The position numbers were made by a program, and so were the translations under genes. This document shows, in pieces, positions 21,911 through 34,432 of a DNA stretch of 64,000 nt; position 1 is the stretch's first letter; every line of letters begins with the position of its first letter. The notes under the pieces were generated by a model. It saw only the letters and a list, made by a program, of their open reading frames with translations. It had not been told where the DNA came from and made no database searches. This DNA comes from Neodothiora populina (lineage: Eukaryota), in contig NW_027191411.1 in NCBI RefSeq assembly GCF_041146345.1, positions 868,001 to 932,000 on the forward strand. The letters run 5' to 3'.

Positions 21911-24632
21911 ATGGGCAACAGCAGCAGTTCGACGAGAGAGGGCCACAGTCGGCTGCATGTACGACATGCGCACAGTCATGTGAACCCGAACTCACCATCT
22001 TCACACAATGGTACAACATCTCCGCAAGCAGCCGGCGAACGGGCAGTCTATAGTTCGCGTCATGGTCGAGGCAGTCGCGCTGATCTGTCCTTCCTCCACA
22101 TAGGTAACAGGGAACGTGAGAGCGAACGAGAAGCTCAGCCTGAACCGAGGCGCGAAACAAAACAGGAGAGAGAGGCTCGAAGAGTGGCGCGCGAACGGGC
22201 AGCAAGAGAGAAAGAGCGGGAACGAAGTGTGCGAGAAGAGGGTGTGGACGGCGGCTTTCTGGTCACATTGGGCACTTATGTTGGTCCGGAAGATTTCAAC
22301 AAAGCCGTCGTGAGGAGCTTAATGGTACATCAATCCTCTCCTGCCGTTTTGACTGCTCCAAGTAGATCTGTTCCTTCCCTTTTCGGCCTGCTGACTTGAC
22401 CTTCAGATTGAACGTCGCCTCGCTCCATTCTGGAAAGGACTCAATGATCACTCCGAGTCTTGGACAGAGAATCAGCTTGTCGCTGCTGTTCGAGGTCTGC
22501 CGATACCTGCCCCTGATGAAATCCCTCCACCGGAAATCGAACGACCTCAGACCTCGGCAGCGAGTGTCAACGCCCTCACCGTTCCCATTACTGGCAGATC
22601 GCAGTCGTATCAGTCCGATCGCTCTGGCGCTCCATCGGCCACCCGGCCGTCCTCCTCTTATCCCAAGAATTCCTCGAGCACCAACCTATTCCGAGGTCGC
22701 GCCAAAACGCTCGCATCATCCTTTACTACCAAGACTGCTTCTGGGTCACCCGCGCCGCACGAAGCTCGGCTGCCCGAAGATCCATACGTTAATGGTCAGC
22801 CTATCGAGGCTGTTCTCTACAAAGATGCAGCGGAATGTCCCATCTGTTTCCTGTACTACCCTCCTCATCTGAATCGGACCAGGTGTTGCGATCAACCCAT
22901 ATGTTCCGAATGTTTTGTACAAATCAAGCGTCCTGACCCGCACCCTCCTGAGCATCACGAAGACCCTTCTAACCCTACTCCGCCTCCTGCGCCAGAGGAA
23001 GAGGGTCTCCTGGTATCTGAGCCTTCAGCGTGTCCATTCTGTGTCACTCCCGAATTCGGTGTCACCTACGAGCCTCCACCTTTCCGGAAAGGCTTGATAT
23101 ATTCCGGCCCTGCCTCGCAAAACACCATATCTAGCCCTAACTCGGCCATGGCATCAACCTCTTCTCTCCAGATACCGACTACAGGCCGCAGACGCACAAC
23201 TTCCTTGTCCGCATCTGCTCCTCAGGTCATCACTACAGACAAGGTCCGCTCTGATTGGGCCAAGAAGCTCGCGGATGCCAGAGCTCATGCTCTGCGACGA
23301 TCTGCTGCTGCAACTGCTCTGCACAACGCTGCCTATATGCTTGGCAATGACGAGACCCAGGATTCGCGAGGTCTCAACATAGGTCGTCGTCGGCGTACGC
23401 TATTTGTTGGCGGCACTCCATCTGGTAGCGGCAGCGGAACACCTGCCCGATTGCCTGATTCCCACCCGCTCAGTCATCTGAGTGGCCTAATATTACAAAA
23501 TGACCAACAAGCTGACGAGCCGGACGTGAACGCTGGTCGACCAGGATCCCGCAGGAGTAGGGTACAAGATCTTGAAGATCTGATGATGATGGAAGCCATC
23601 CGGATGTCCCTCGCTTCTGAGGAAGAACGAAAGAAGAAGGAAGAAAAGGAAGCGAAAAAGAACGACAAACAGAAGGCAAAAGATGTGAAGAAGGCGGAGA
23701 AATCTATGAAGAAGAATGGCCCTCCTTACAACGCGAGCATGAATGCTAGCGATGCTACGTCGCTTGCCATGTCCCGCTCGTCAAGTAACCTCCCTCAGCC
23801 CCCGACGTCACCACCTCCTCTACCAACCTCTGACAAGGGCAAAGCTCCAATTTCTGCCAACACGTCCTCGGGCTTCAATCCCCTTAGTGAACCAACCTCT
23901 ACCTTAAATCAACAACCTACTCTGTCAGACGTTTCAGCTACGTCCGGATATAACACTGTCGCAGCTGAGAGCCCTCAGCGTCATCTCGAAGCACAACGTG
24001 CAAACCTTTCACAATCTCCTTCTTCCCAACCACAGCCATCACAGCCCATTACCCTCACGGGTGATCACCGTGCACACCTGCGCCAGCTCTCGAATGCATC
24101 TTCGGCTGCTTCTTCGGTGTTTGATTCTGCTCCCAACTCATATAATCAGTCGTCCGACCTGGGTCAATTGTCCGATAATGCATCAGGAATGCAATTTGAC
24201 AATGGCAATACTGAAACTCCTGATTATCTGCAATCAGGGACACCAGGAAATGGAGCAGGTCTGGAGCCAATGTTTAACTTCAGAAGCTTGGCCGCCATGA
24301 TTGGAGACGAAGAGAAACAACGGGAATCAGAGCACAACGAACACATCGAGAACCTAACCCCAGAACAGCAAGCGTCCAGAAATGCCTCTATAGCTTCGTC
24401 ATCTAAGCAGCAGCATTCGGAGATGACAAGGAGCAGAGGCGACAGTGGTGAGAGCGGCGAAACCAGTGCTTCAAGGGCAGCGGCTATAACTTCGGCATAT
24501 CCTAGTGGCAGCGAGGATGCAAAGGTCGGCGCTCAGCAGGAGCTTCCCACCGGCTGCTCAGGTGAGATGAATCGGAAGCACAGTGGCGAGACTATGATGA
24601 ATGCTGCCCACGACGGCCAGATCGCGCAATAG
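21911..24632 (+). CDS. SIP5: Sip5-like protein (Snf1/Reg1-interacting) with a RING-like Cys cluster. Exons 21911-22324 and 22407-24632
   Basis: MGNSSS start, [61 protein letters not shown], and UIM-like [13 protein letters not shown]. Intron GTACAT..CTGAC..CAG. Confidence 0.9.
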
Positions 24633-25567
24633 GACGCTCGCATCAGGGTCCGAGGTCTGGGTACGTGCAGACTTGTGCAGACGCTGTGAGCAGGCTTATT
24701 CGTCTTCCACGAAAGGACCCGATGCCTTGACCATCAAGTTCAATGAAGGTCGGGATTATAGCTCACCATTCCCTTCTTTTTCTTGGCTGTCTACTTTCTT
24801 TTGTGTATCATTGAGCGATCGTTGCGATTTATTTTATGTTTTTACTTGGCGAGGATCATACAGGGGAAGCAGAAGACAGGACGAACAGGTCGATAGACAG
24901 AGTAGGGGCTCTGGAATAAGTTCGGAAGTTCTTCTTTCCAAACTTTTGTGTTTCTATTTTTTCCAATCCTTTCTCTTTTTGCTCCTGGCACCAAAAAGGG
25001 CGTAAAAGCATGTTGAGCTTTTTAAAGGAAAGAAAGCAACATATCGAGACAATTGACTTTTTTGCCTTTCTCTATTGTCCTTTTTTTTCTACCCAGAGAG
25101 CACATATAACCGGAGAGGGTTTCAGCGATTCCTGTATCATCGAGGATCTCGGCAGTTGCAACCATTTCCCTCGATCCGGAACCCACCGAAAAGGAGAATG
25201 AGGAGGATGTGATATACACATGAAGTGTGGCGTTTGCGCTTGCCTTACGCACAAGAGAAAATGGGGGCAGGAGGGAAAGGAAGGCCCGAGACCAGAAGGA
25301 ATTCGCAACTTCAGAAAGGACAACAGAAGGACGTCACACAATCTTGCCATTTCCTCTTCTGGTCGCTTGCAAGCACTTGAATTGGAAAGTGGAGGCTGCT
25401 TGCTTTTCGGTAGCTAAGGTACCTATGAACAAAATATGAATGCTGGCCCTTCGTTCGTTTGTCGTTCTCTGGTCATTCTCTCCTATCTCGTTCCAGCATT
25501 ACCCATCCCAATCAACATCTCATATTCCCAACCTTCCCCTCAGAAAAGAAAGAAGAATAGAAAAGAT

Positions 25568-27617
25568 TCAGCTCCCACCCCTCCTAATACAGACCCCACC
25601 CCTGCCCAACCCGCCATCTCTGAGCATCGCACTCTCAGTCCTGACCCCGGCCCTCCAGACCGGCACCTTGTCAGTTTTCGAACTCGCGTATGCGCGCGCC
25701 GAGACGTAGCGATCTGTGATTGATTTCTTTCTCGCGGTGGCTTCTTGGTCTTTACGGGGGGAGAGGAGCGCGAGGGTCGAGGGGAGGGTATACCCCGGTG
25801 CTGAGAGGAGGTGTTGAGTTGTTTGGATCAGGGGGTGAATGGTTTCCATGTGTTGATCTTCGGAGGGTGGGGAGGGGGGAGGAAGAAGGGCAGATGGGGG
25901 AGAGAGAGGTCAGGGAGTCTAGTTTGCCCATTATTATGACGGAGATCAGGTGGTTGTGGAAGTCTTGGTTGTGGAAGTCGTAGATCAGAAACACGGTGCA
26001 GGATTTGTCGTTTGCTATTACTTGCGACGCTCGCTGTAGGGATGGGTGGATGCTGATTATAGATGCGTGCCATTCTTCTTGGGTGGAGTTGAAGGAGCTT
26101 TCGTTTTCTGTCATAGTGGTTGATGAGGGTGAAACAGAAGATGTTTTCGAGGTTTCTGTAGCTGTGCTTTTTGACGATGAAGAGGTCGGCTTGTCGTGGA
26201 TCCTCGCCCATCCGAAATACATGCCTGAAAGACGGTACTTGAGCTCGTGAGGCATGTCCTTCAGATTCGCTGTCGGCAGGCCAAACATTGCTCGACTTTT
26301 GCCTGTGCCTGGCACGATTTTGCTTTCCATGCATATAGGAAACGGATGCTTCGGTCCCCCTCCTTCTTCTTCCTCGCTTGCTGTAGGAGTGAGCGCGCGT
26401 CGAGCACTCTCACCGTCGTCAAGCCCCTGAAACGTCTCGGCGCGAACTTGGCCGTATCGCTCGTTCGCATTGTCGATTTTGTCTGGGACTCCACTCGAGT
26501 CGTACACTGTCGTAGCTGCTTCTTGGGCGATGAATCCAGGAGCGTATTGCTCGTATGTAGATGTGATTACATCTGTCACGGGTGCGACGAACGCGCTGGC
26601 TTTCGCGGCAGCTATCTGAGAGGCTATGGACACACCAACCTCGAGAGGCAGATTGCCCAGTGATGCGCCTTTGATCGATGCGCTTGACGTAGACAAGGAA
26701 GCTACTCGAAAAACTGGGCTGGGACACAGCACTTTCTTCCCTTCTCCCCCTTCGCAAACCACCAGCCTGAAATACCCGTCGCCGAGGTCTGTGTCAGGGA
26801 TTCTGACAATGTCGGTCTCACGTACAGAGTGATGCTTGAGTTCCTTGGGTGCTTTCTTCAGAAATTTCTTGACATCGCGTTGCCATGCGCGTTCGTCGTT
26901 GGGTGATTCAGAAGCGAACGTCTGTTCGGCGATGGTCCTTTCAGGCGTCACTTCGACCCAGCTACCGTTCGATCCCACGAGCGACCGCGCAGCCCATCCA
27001 GCTTTGCCTAGCCAGCCCTTTTTCTGCAACCAGATGGTTCGATCACGTGGAAGTGCTCTGTCAGCAAAGATGGTAATGGGCACTCGCGTCGCGGGGCCTT
27101 GGTAGTAGACTAATCCATGTGAGTGTCTCAACACGGAATAATGCTTCGTGGACTCGTGCGGGTGAGCTACAAGGCCTCCAGCAAGGTATCGAGCTTCCTC
27201 GAAGCCTTTCTTCCAACTTGACTTCTCGCCATCTGTGGTCGATGTCGCTGTTGTGGCTCCTGCGGTAGATGCACTCGTGCCAGTCACACTAGACATGGTG
27301 CTCCGAGGGCTGAGGACAAAGTGGTCATTGTAACAAGGCTTAGTGTCCGAGCCGGAAGACCGCGGCGGTGATGGTAGAGACCGTGAAGTATCTACATGAG
27401 TAGTGCGTGTGTGTACTGCCACTTCTTTCCTTGGTATGGTATGCGTAGTTCGCCTGGGCGGCAGTGGTGGTGTGAGAGAAAGCTCCAGTTCTCCAGGCTC
27501 CTCAGAACTACCATTGTATGACTGCTCCAGTGATAATTTCTGGAAGGCTTGGTGGATGTCTCCCAGATCCGGCTGACCACGCTTGGGGAGAGGCGGAGGC
27601 CTTTTGTCTTCAGCCAT
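25568..27617 (-). CDS. Fungal protein with a C-terminal riboflavin-kinase-like domain. Main ORF stops at 25752, but the apparent true C-terminus is in the +1 frame ending at 25568 (frameshift)
   Basis: 621-aa ORF with GTGKSRAMFGLPTANL...SGMYFGWA, an RFK-like motif. The out-of-frame segment ...DKVPVWRAGVRTESAMLRDGGLGRGGVCIRR resembles the C-terminus I recall for this family. Confidence 0.7.
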
Positions 27618-28337
27618 TATGGATTCTGCTCACCTATACTAAGGTATCACTGTAAACTACTTTGAGAGATGCTCCTGGATCTAGACGGTAACAAGAGCAG
27701 AGTATCGCGAACGTGTAACCCGTCTCGCTATCCTCTCCTCGACCTAGCAATCTTCGACTGCATCAGTAGATATACAGGCATATCTGTAGTCGAACAATCT
27801 TTCAACAAATTCAAGCTGGCTTCCTTGATAGAAGATTACTTCTGCAAGCCTATCTTCGATGCAGACACTGAACCATTGTAAGCATATTACTCTGCATATC
27901 ACGGATTACCAAGGATAGGTGGGAACGAATTTCCGACAAAGATAAGGGGGGACCCTGTTCGTAACGGTCAACGTTGATTTGACTGTATCGAAGTCAGTAT
28001 CCGAGCGAGCCGGCGACGCCAAAGTATTGTACGTGTACCACATCTCAGTACACCCACAGCGAGCAAGCAATTGAGCTACAGCTACATAGAGGTGAAGCAA
28101 TTGTATGCATCCACCGTCGTTGTGAGGAGGTGAATGATGTTTTGACGCGAAAACTGATTCGCGGGGTAAAATCAGCAGCTGGTAAATGCTTTTAAACAAG
28201 CATCGAATTTACATATATAGAGCGGCTATGTCGACTAAGCAGAAGGGCTATACACCACAATCACACCCACAATCGGACGCCGAATCAAACATGATGCACA
28301 GCTGGCCAACACACTCTACTCATTGCTTTCTCCCGCG

Positions 28338-29627
28338 TCACCGCAAAGGCACGGCGATCTCTTCGACAGGCTCGCTAACCTCCCTGGGACTCTGAGCTGG
28401 CGTAAGCCACGCGTCTTGCGTCTGGGGTACTTTGAGACCCTTCTCGCGAGCCCGCTTCTCGACATATGCCTTGTCTGGACTGTCCCATGCATAATCAAGG
28501 TACTCTTCCAGGTGCTCTTGAATGCCATCCGCCATAATCTGAACAGCACGTTTGCGGTTCAGACTCCATTCGTGGTCTCGTGCCCAACGACCAGCCTTTC
28601 GAGCAGTCTCTTGACCATCCTCAAGACCATCGAGGATACTCCTCCACACCTGCATCGTCTTCTCGAGCTCGCTGTGGTTACTGACGCCCATGACGCTGAT
28701 TCCCAGCTTCTTACCGCCAACTTGCTCATTGGACTCACGGGTCCAAGGCACACCGGAGGCGGGATCACCGCGTGATCCTACAGCCTCGCCTTGTGTGATC
28801 CAGGCCTCGAAAGCAAAACGGATGGCGATGATCTCGATGCGTTCGCCATGGCGATCGCAAAAGTCGCTGGCCCGACGCACAGCAGCACGAGTGCCCGCGC
28901 CAGCGGGGTGCCAATCGCCTTGACCTCCCATCGGAGGACCCACATGTCTGAGCAGACCCATACCCAACGGCGATGCGTTTGGCACGACGTCGACGCCAGC
29001 AGCCTTGAGCAGGTGCATACCCGAAGATGCAAGAGTAGTGTTTTGAAGAGTGAAGTTCGCATAAGACATGACCGCATCGAGACCCTCGCCAGTCTCCTCC
29101 AAGATGCGTTTGGCTAGCGAACACAGTACTGGTAGCGGATAGCCGGAGATACCCACGTACTTGATCGTGCCGTCCTGGTCCCGGATCCTGCGCAGCTCTT
29201 TCACAGCCTCAACCACTTCTTCTTCGTCGACGAATTCCACGTCATGACAGTACACGACGTCGAGATACTCAGTGTGCAGGCGCTGCAGACTGCGCTTGAT
29301 GCTCTGTCGAATCCATGCTGGCGAATAGTCGAAGTCGTCACCTGCGATGCGCCCGCATTTGGTGACGTAGAAAAGATCCTGTCGCGGAAAGTTGGCGTGT
29401 ACAAATGGAGTATCAAGAGCAGCGCCTAGTAATTCCTCGGAAGGACCATAGTAAGGCGAAGTATCAAACGCCCTGATACCGAATTCCAGAGCCTTTTGTA
29501 CAAGTCCGACGCTGTCTAAGTCTTCGAGGTGATTGTATTGCGTGTTGAAGGTCGCGGTTCCGAAGATGAGAGGAGGTAAGATAGACGAGAGTGGCTGCGC
29601 CGGTTTTCCTTTGCTGATTGTCGCCAT
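28338..29627 (-). CDS. ARA2: AKR-family NAD-dependent D-arabinose / L-galactose dehydrogenase (Ara2-like)
   Basis: LPPLIFGTATFN, AFDTSPYYGPSE, TKCGR, FDYS, LDVVYCHDVEFV, YVGISGYPL. Confidence 0.82.
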   Translation of the reverse strand: MATISKGKPAQPLSSILPPLIFGTATFNTQYNHLEDLDSVGLVQKALEFGIRAFDTSPYYGPSEELLGAALDTPFVHANFPRQDLFYVTKCGRIAGDDFDYSPAWIRQSIKRSLQRLHTEYLDVVYCHDVEFVDEEEVVEAVKELRRIRDQDGTIKYVGISGYPLPVLCSLAKRILEETGEGLDAVMSYANFTLQNTTLASSGMHLLKAAGVDVVPNASPLGMGLLRHVGPPMGGQGDWHPAGAGTRAAVRRASDFCDRHGERIEIIAIRFAFEAWITQGEAVGSRGDPASGVPWTRESNEQVGGKKLGISVMGVSNHSELEKTMQVWRSILDGLEDGQETARKAGRWARDHEWSLNRKRAVQIMADGIQEHLEEYLDYAWDSPDKAYVEKRAREKGLKVPQTQDAWLTPAQSPREVSEPVEEIAVPLR

Positions 29628-30058
29628 TGAGAACCCTACAAGTAACGAGTAAGGGCTAGGATGTGCCGTAATCTCGATATGCGGGACGATAAGGTGGAAT
29701 TTCTATGATGTATCAATGACGTTGGGGCGGGCGGCGGCAAGTATAGATATATATGTAAATATCTCTACCTGTATGAGTGGCTACCTGTCCCCAGATATGC
29801 GAATTTGGATCTGCAGAGGAAGACGCAGTGCCTAAAGTTGCGGGTAAAGTAGTACAGTAGTGGAGAGAAAGACGATATGGCGGGGAGATCGATCGATTTT
29901 GCAACGCAAACACCAAATGTCTGCCCATGAGACACGAGGGCCAAAGACAAAAGAGTAGTTGTGGAGTGTGGAAACTATCGCCAAAGTAGGCGCAAAGGGA
30001 GACCGGCTAGAAACTTACTGGACCGCCTCTACTTACTACGCGGCAACCAACATCCAAA

Positions 30059-30071
30059 CGGCCCTAACCCT
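30059..30071 (+). promoter_or_regulatory. CGGCCCTAACCCT, a telomere-like / Tbf1-type motif; identical copy at 35121-35133
   Basis: Exact 13-nt match at two intergenic sites, each near a gene 5' end. Function is inferred. Confidence 0.4.
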
Positions 30072-30282
30072 TCGCCCACGAAAATGTGGGATAATGATAT
30101 AAACGACTTTGGGCGGTGCCAGGCCCACGCCTCACGCCTCACGCTTGCCCACCCGTCCCCTTCCCTCCACGTTTAACTAGAGATCTAAATCTCTTGGCCC
30201 GCATCCTTATTCACTTCTCGATACGAGCATTCATTCTTCTATCAACCTAGCTCGGCAACGTTCCCAGCAAATCCAACCCCAT

Positions 30283-30691
30283 CTCGTAACTTAATTGCGA
30301 TCGGGAAAGGATGAATGCGAAGTCAAAAGGATGTATGGGCGCCTTTTTCCCACGCAGTCGAGTACCCCAGTATCCATCCCCTTTCTGTCGCTCCGAGGTA
30401 GCTGCTGAGTGTTCTTGATTCGCGATCACGTAGATTGACCGTGTCTGTATCGGGCGTTCACTAGACAAATTCTTGAGAGATCGGACCTCGGAGAATACAT
30501 CGAGTCTGGAGTTAAGCTGGGCGAAAGACTATCGCCGAAGTAAAGGGTGGGTGGACCCTCATAACCTCCCGATCACTGATGTTGCTCAACCGCATGATAG
30601 TGTAGTAACTTACGCCTCCAGCGGTTGTTCCTTCGAGAACGTAGGGCGAAACGAAACAAGACTCGATGTTACGTTAGGTAAGCTTTTTACA
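30283..30691 (+). ncRNA. Putative structured non-coding RNA of unknown family, with a hairpin-hinge-hairpin (H/ACA-like) layout
   Basis: Perfect helices 30391-30399/30485-30493 (9 bp), 30497-30507/30659-30669 (11 bp) and 30587-30593/30621-30627 (7 bp). ANANNA (AGAATA) at 30492-30497 lies between the two domains. No credible ORF. Confidence 0.5.
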
Positions 30692-30778
30692 TCCCTCCAG
30701 CGCCATGCTCATTTAATACGAGATTAAAAGCACAAAGATCCAAAAACAAAACTCCTTTGCCTCGCTCAGTCCCATTAT

Positions 30779-33700
30779 TTAATATGCCATGCCGCTACGT
30801 CCTTGTCCGACAGTCTTGAAAGTCATGGATTGTGCACTCATTGCGAGTGTGTCGAGTGGATCGACATCCATAAGCTGTTAAGCAAATGTTAGTCATGTGC
30901 AGAAAGTCGTTCATAGAGAAGTTTCACTTACGTTCACGCTCTCGTAACCAGAGAACCAAAAGCCCATAATGATGACCAAGTATGCCAAGATCAGAATACT
31001 GCCCTTGAAGTAGTTGCTCTTTCCCTCACCGACTACCCAGCCCATTAGAAACACTCCTAGAATCACTGTCACCATATCCCATTGTGGGAAGATTAACGTA
31101 AATGTATGATCCACGATGTCGGTCAGATCAATGTATCGGCTGTGCACAGTAGAGTAAAGCACAAGCGCCGGCACTTGAAGCAGCATCACCTGCAGAGCAT
31201 ACGCCGATCCGATCTCCATACTCAGAGCAATATTGCCATTCATCGCGAATGAGATGGCATTCAAGAACTCGGTCGTGTTGGGGACCAACGCGAAGAGTGT
31301 TATGCCCAAGAACTTCTCGTCGATGTCCACATGCTCCAGTACAGAGTCAACGGTATCGACCAGAATCTCTGCAATAATAGCGTATGCTATCGTCGCTGTA
31401 AGCAGGATCACGGCACTCTTCGTTCGACTCCAGTTGGGTGCATCGTGCCCACCAGAAGCATGTGCAGCCTCGCCAACAAGCTCTTCGGCACCACCGGACA
31501 CTGGCACATACGCGGCCTGCGCTGGTCCGCTTGCTGTAGCGCATACTTGCTGTTGCTGCGCAGTATGGTGCGGGTGATGATGGTGTCGAACCGAACCCGA
31601 AGTGGTGGCGGCCTTCTGTGATGTTCGTCTCGGCATTCTTGCAGCATCACGCGCCGCGACGGCCGCAGCGGTGGCAGCCATCTCAGCAACTTGTCTCACA
31701 AGTACTGAATTCTCTTGCGCAGAAAGTCCATGTATGTGAAGACTTCGCTGACTTCTCCGATCATCCTCGTCGTCGTCGTTCTTTGGTGGGACAAGATGAG
31801 GTATTCCATGCTGTATGGGGGAGTCAGGGTGGTGAGTTTTGACTGGAGACGAGGGCTCCGCCGGTGTCTGTGGAAGACCTGCTTGCCTCAAGGACTGTCC
31901 GAGAATGCGCTTGTAAAGTTGCGAATCGCGGATGTTCTCTTTTGGTAGACTACCTGTCGTATTACTGGTGTTCTGCCTGGTCATAGTGCTGTATGGGTCG
32001 ACGACGCCTGCGATAGGCCTGTGTTCGGGATGCATGGCTGCGTGCAATGCAGCCTGCTCCATCTTCTCGACCTTCTTTTCGTCAAATTCATTGTTCCAGA
32101 TGACAGCAGCGTGCGTGCGGAGGGTGAAGAGCAGGCCGATGACGTAGGAGAAGAAAAGCATGACTGCAGCAAACCAGATGTATGGTCTGACAGCTTCGTT
32201 GAAGAAACGATCATGAAGAGCTGGTGCTTGATTGAAATAACATCGCCTGCAGTCACGTTCAAGAGCAGCGCTATCGGAGTGAGCATAGCGACAATGATGA
32301 CAATTGAGCTCATGCTGTATAATTGGTCAGTTGTTATCATGAGGAGTTGGACAGACTGTACTCACGCTTCCGTAGATTTGGTAGAACAAGGTCGGACTGA
32401 AGGAGCCAATAACGGCGAACAAAAGCATAGTGGAAGTCACGCCTGCTGAACGAACATTGAACCGCTGAGTCTTACGCTTGATCGCGCCGAAGCACATGGA
32501 AAGTCCAGGCAAGAAAAGAATGCCGGCAAAAATACTACCGATGATACTCCCCTCGACTAGCTGCGCCTTGCCTTGGTTGAGAGCAACGCAGTACAAGAAG
32601 ACCTCGACAATGGTGGAGAAAAAGGCGTTTATGGTAGCGCCGACGCCCATAGATGATTGGGCGGAGATGGATGCAACGGCCTGTCCGATGAAGTATGCCA
32701 ACGGAATGATGGAGAAGAGCCCTAGGATGAAAATGAATCCGGACGAAGTGATGAGCGACTGCATTTCTAGCGCATTTCTAAGAACGTAAAAGTCGAAGAT
32801 GGCAAAGGCCACCATGCTGAGCAAGTTGATAAGGAAGATGTTGGTGCCGTCGACAGTATATTTCCAGTACTTGCTACCAACAGCGCGATAAGTGCACAGT
32901 AGAACACTTGACGAAGGACCATTCGGGTCTCTAGAGTAATGCCCGTCGGAGTGAAACGAGAGAGCAAGGGGATGGCGGCGAAGATGATGAAACAACAAAA
33001 TCGTGACCCTGCCCATGGGGATAGTGAAGACGAGGAACCAGCAAATACCTGAAGCGAAGAAGAGGAGGGGCGTAACTAAGCCGTAAAAGAAGACGAAGAA
33101 GATTATTCGACCAGCAGTCCACTGGCCACGGCCGAATAGCCTGTTCTTGGTTCTCGTCTTCTGGTCGCTCGATCGTCGACTCGGTCTACCGAGTAAGCTA
33201 TCGGTCTCGTTTGCGGATTCAATGCTGTCTCGTCGGCGGCCTATCAGAGAGCGGGTAGTTTCAGAAACAGAAGTAGGTCCAAAGAAAAGACGACCCTCTT
33301 CCAGGTCGCCGGTTTGCCATCGCTCATATTCGCTGATGCTGCGGCCCTCTGCCTGATCCTCGTCGAGATAAGCCTCGTCATGCTCGAGCTTGACATATTT
33401 GCCGAATGGGTAGAATATATAGCCTGCAAAGTTCCAGAAGATGGCACCATACTCCCTAGAGCCGGGCGCAAAGATGAACAGAAAGCATACAAGAGCGCCG
33501 AGAGCGGAGGCCAAGGCTAACCACCAGCCGAACAGCAGTGACCAGAGGATGTTGCTGAGAGACAACCAAGTGCTGACGTTCCCGCCAGGGGTAGAATGGA
33601 TATCTCCTTCAGCATTGGCCTGAACGGAGCGGTCTTTCTTGTACAAGGCAGGCTTCCAGATCCTGATACCAAAGGGATGAGTCTCGTTGATTGCCTCTTG

Positions 33701-34432
33701 GCGGTCCTTGAGTGTAAAGCTCTCTGCATCGCTAAGGTCTGCATCGTCGCCATCCTCGGCCGAGTTGCTGTCCTGATTGATATCATCATCATCGTCGTCG
33801 TCGTCGTCGTTCTGGTCGTCATCGTCGCCGTTGTTTCCAGTGGCGGTGTTGAGTCGAGCGACTTCCTCATCTTCATCCTCGGGACGCAGTGTGTCATCAG
33901 TGTCATCGGACGGCGGGTTCTTGGGCTTGTCTTTCGATCCACTAGGGGGTTCATGGTCCTCTCGCTCATCAGACTCAACTCGGGGCAGAGCGGGAGCCTG
34001 GGCGGCAGGACGTCGCCTCAGAGTCGAGGCTTTCCGCCGGAGCATGTGTGCAGAGGAAGTCGAGGTGGTAGCTTTGTTAAGCTTCTGGTCTTGCTCGACT
34101 TCGTCATGAGCGTCGTCGACGGAGAACTCCTGGCCTCTGTAGGGCGTGTTAGATGAGGTGCGCCGAGGTAGCGATGGCTTCTTAGGAGTGCGCGGTGTTG
34201 AAGACGAAGAAGCAGGTTTGGTAGAAATGCTCCCGTAATTGGGCCCCAGGCCTGGTCTCGGGCGCTTGCTGGCGGCGTCGCGGGTTGCCGACGAGGATGC
34301 CTGAGGGGCGAGTAGACCGGGCGAAGTCGTGGTGCTGTCAAGGGCAGAGTCTTTGGTCTCAGGTCGGGTGGAAGAAGAGTCGGCCTCTTCTTGCGATGGA
34401 AGTCCAGAGGGATTCCCATTGCTGTCGGCCAT
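30779..34432 (-). CDS. VNX1: Vacuolar cation/H+ exchanger Vnx1 (CaCA family with YccF-like N-terminal region). Exons 32366-34432, 30932-32314, 30779-30874
   Basis: ESFTLKDRQEAINETHPFGIRIWKPALYKK, IGQAVASISAQSSMGVGATINAFFST, LVPNTTEFLNAISFAMNGNIALSMEIGSAY and GKSNYFKG. Two canonical introns restore the frame. Confidence 0.92.

Noticed and set aside
30519..30535. GGGCGAAAGACTA, identical to a short LSU rRNA segment and resembling a group I intron R element
   Set aside because: Only about 13 nt with no flanking rRNA similarity and no full P/Q/R/S set; treated as coincidence within the structured element.
29700..30700. Telomerase RNA hypothesis (CCCTAACCCT template, downstream structure, terminal splice donor)
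   Set aside because: The template permutation differs from the usual TAACCCTAA, the same motif recurs at 35121, the interval is short, and I saw no U-rich triple-helix pseudoknot. Not excluded without a search.
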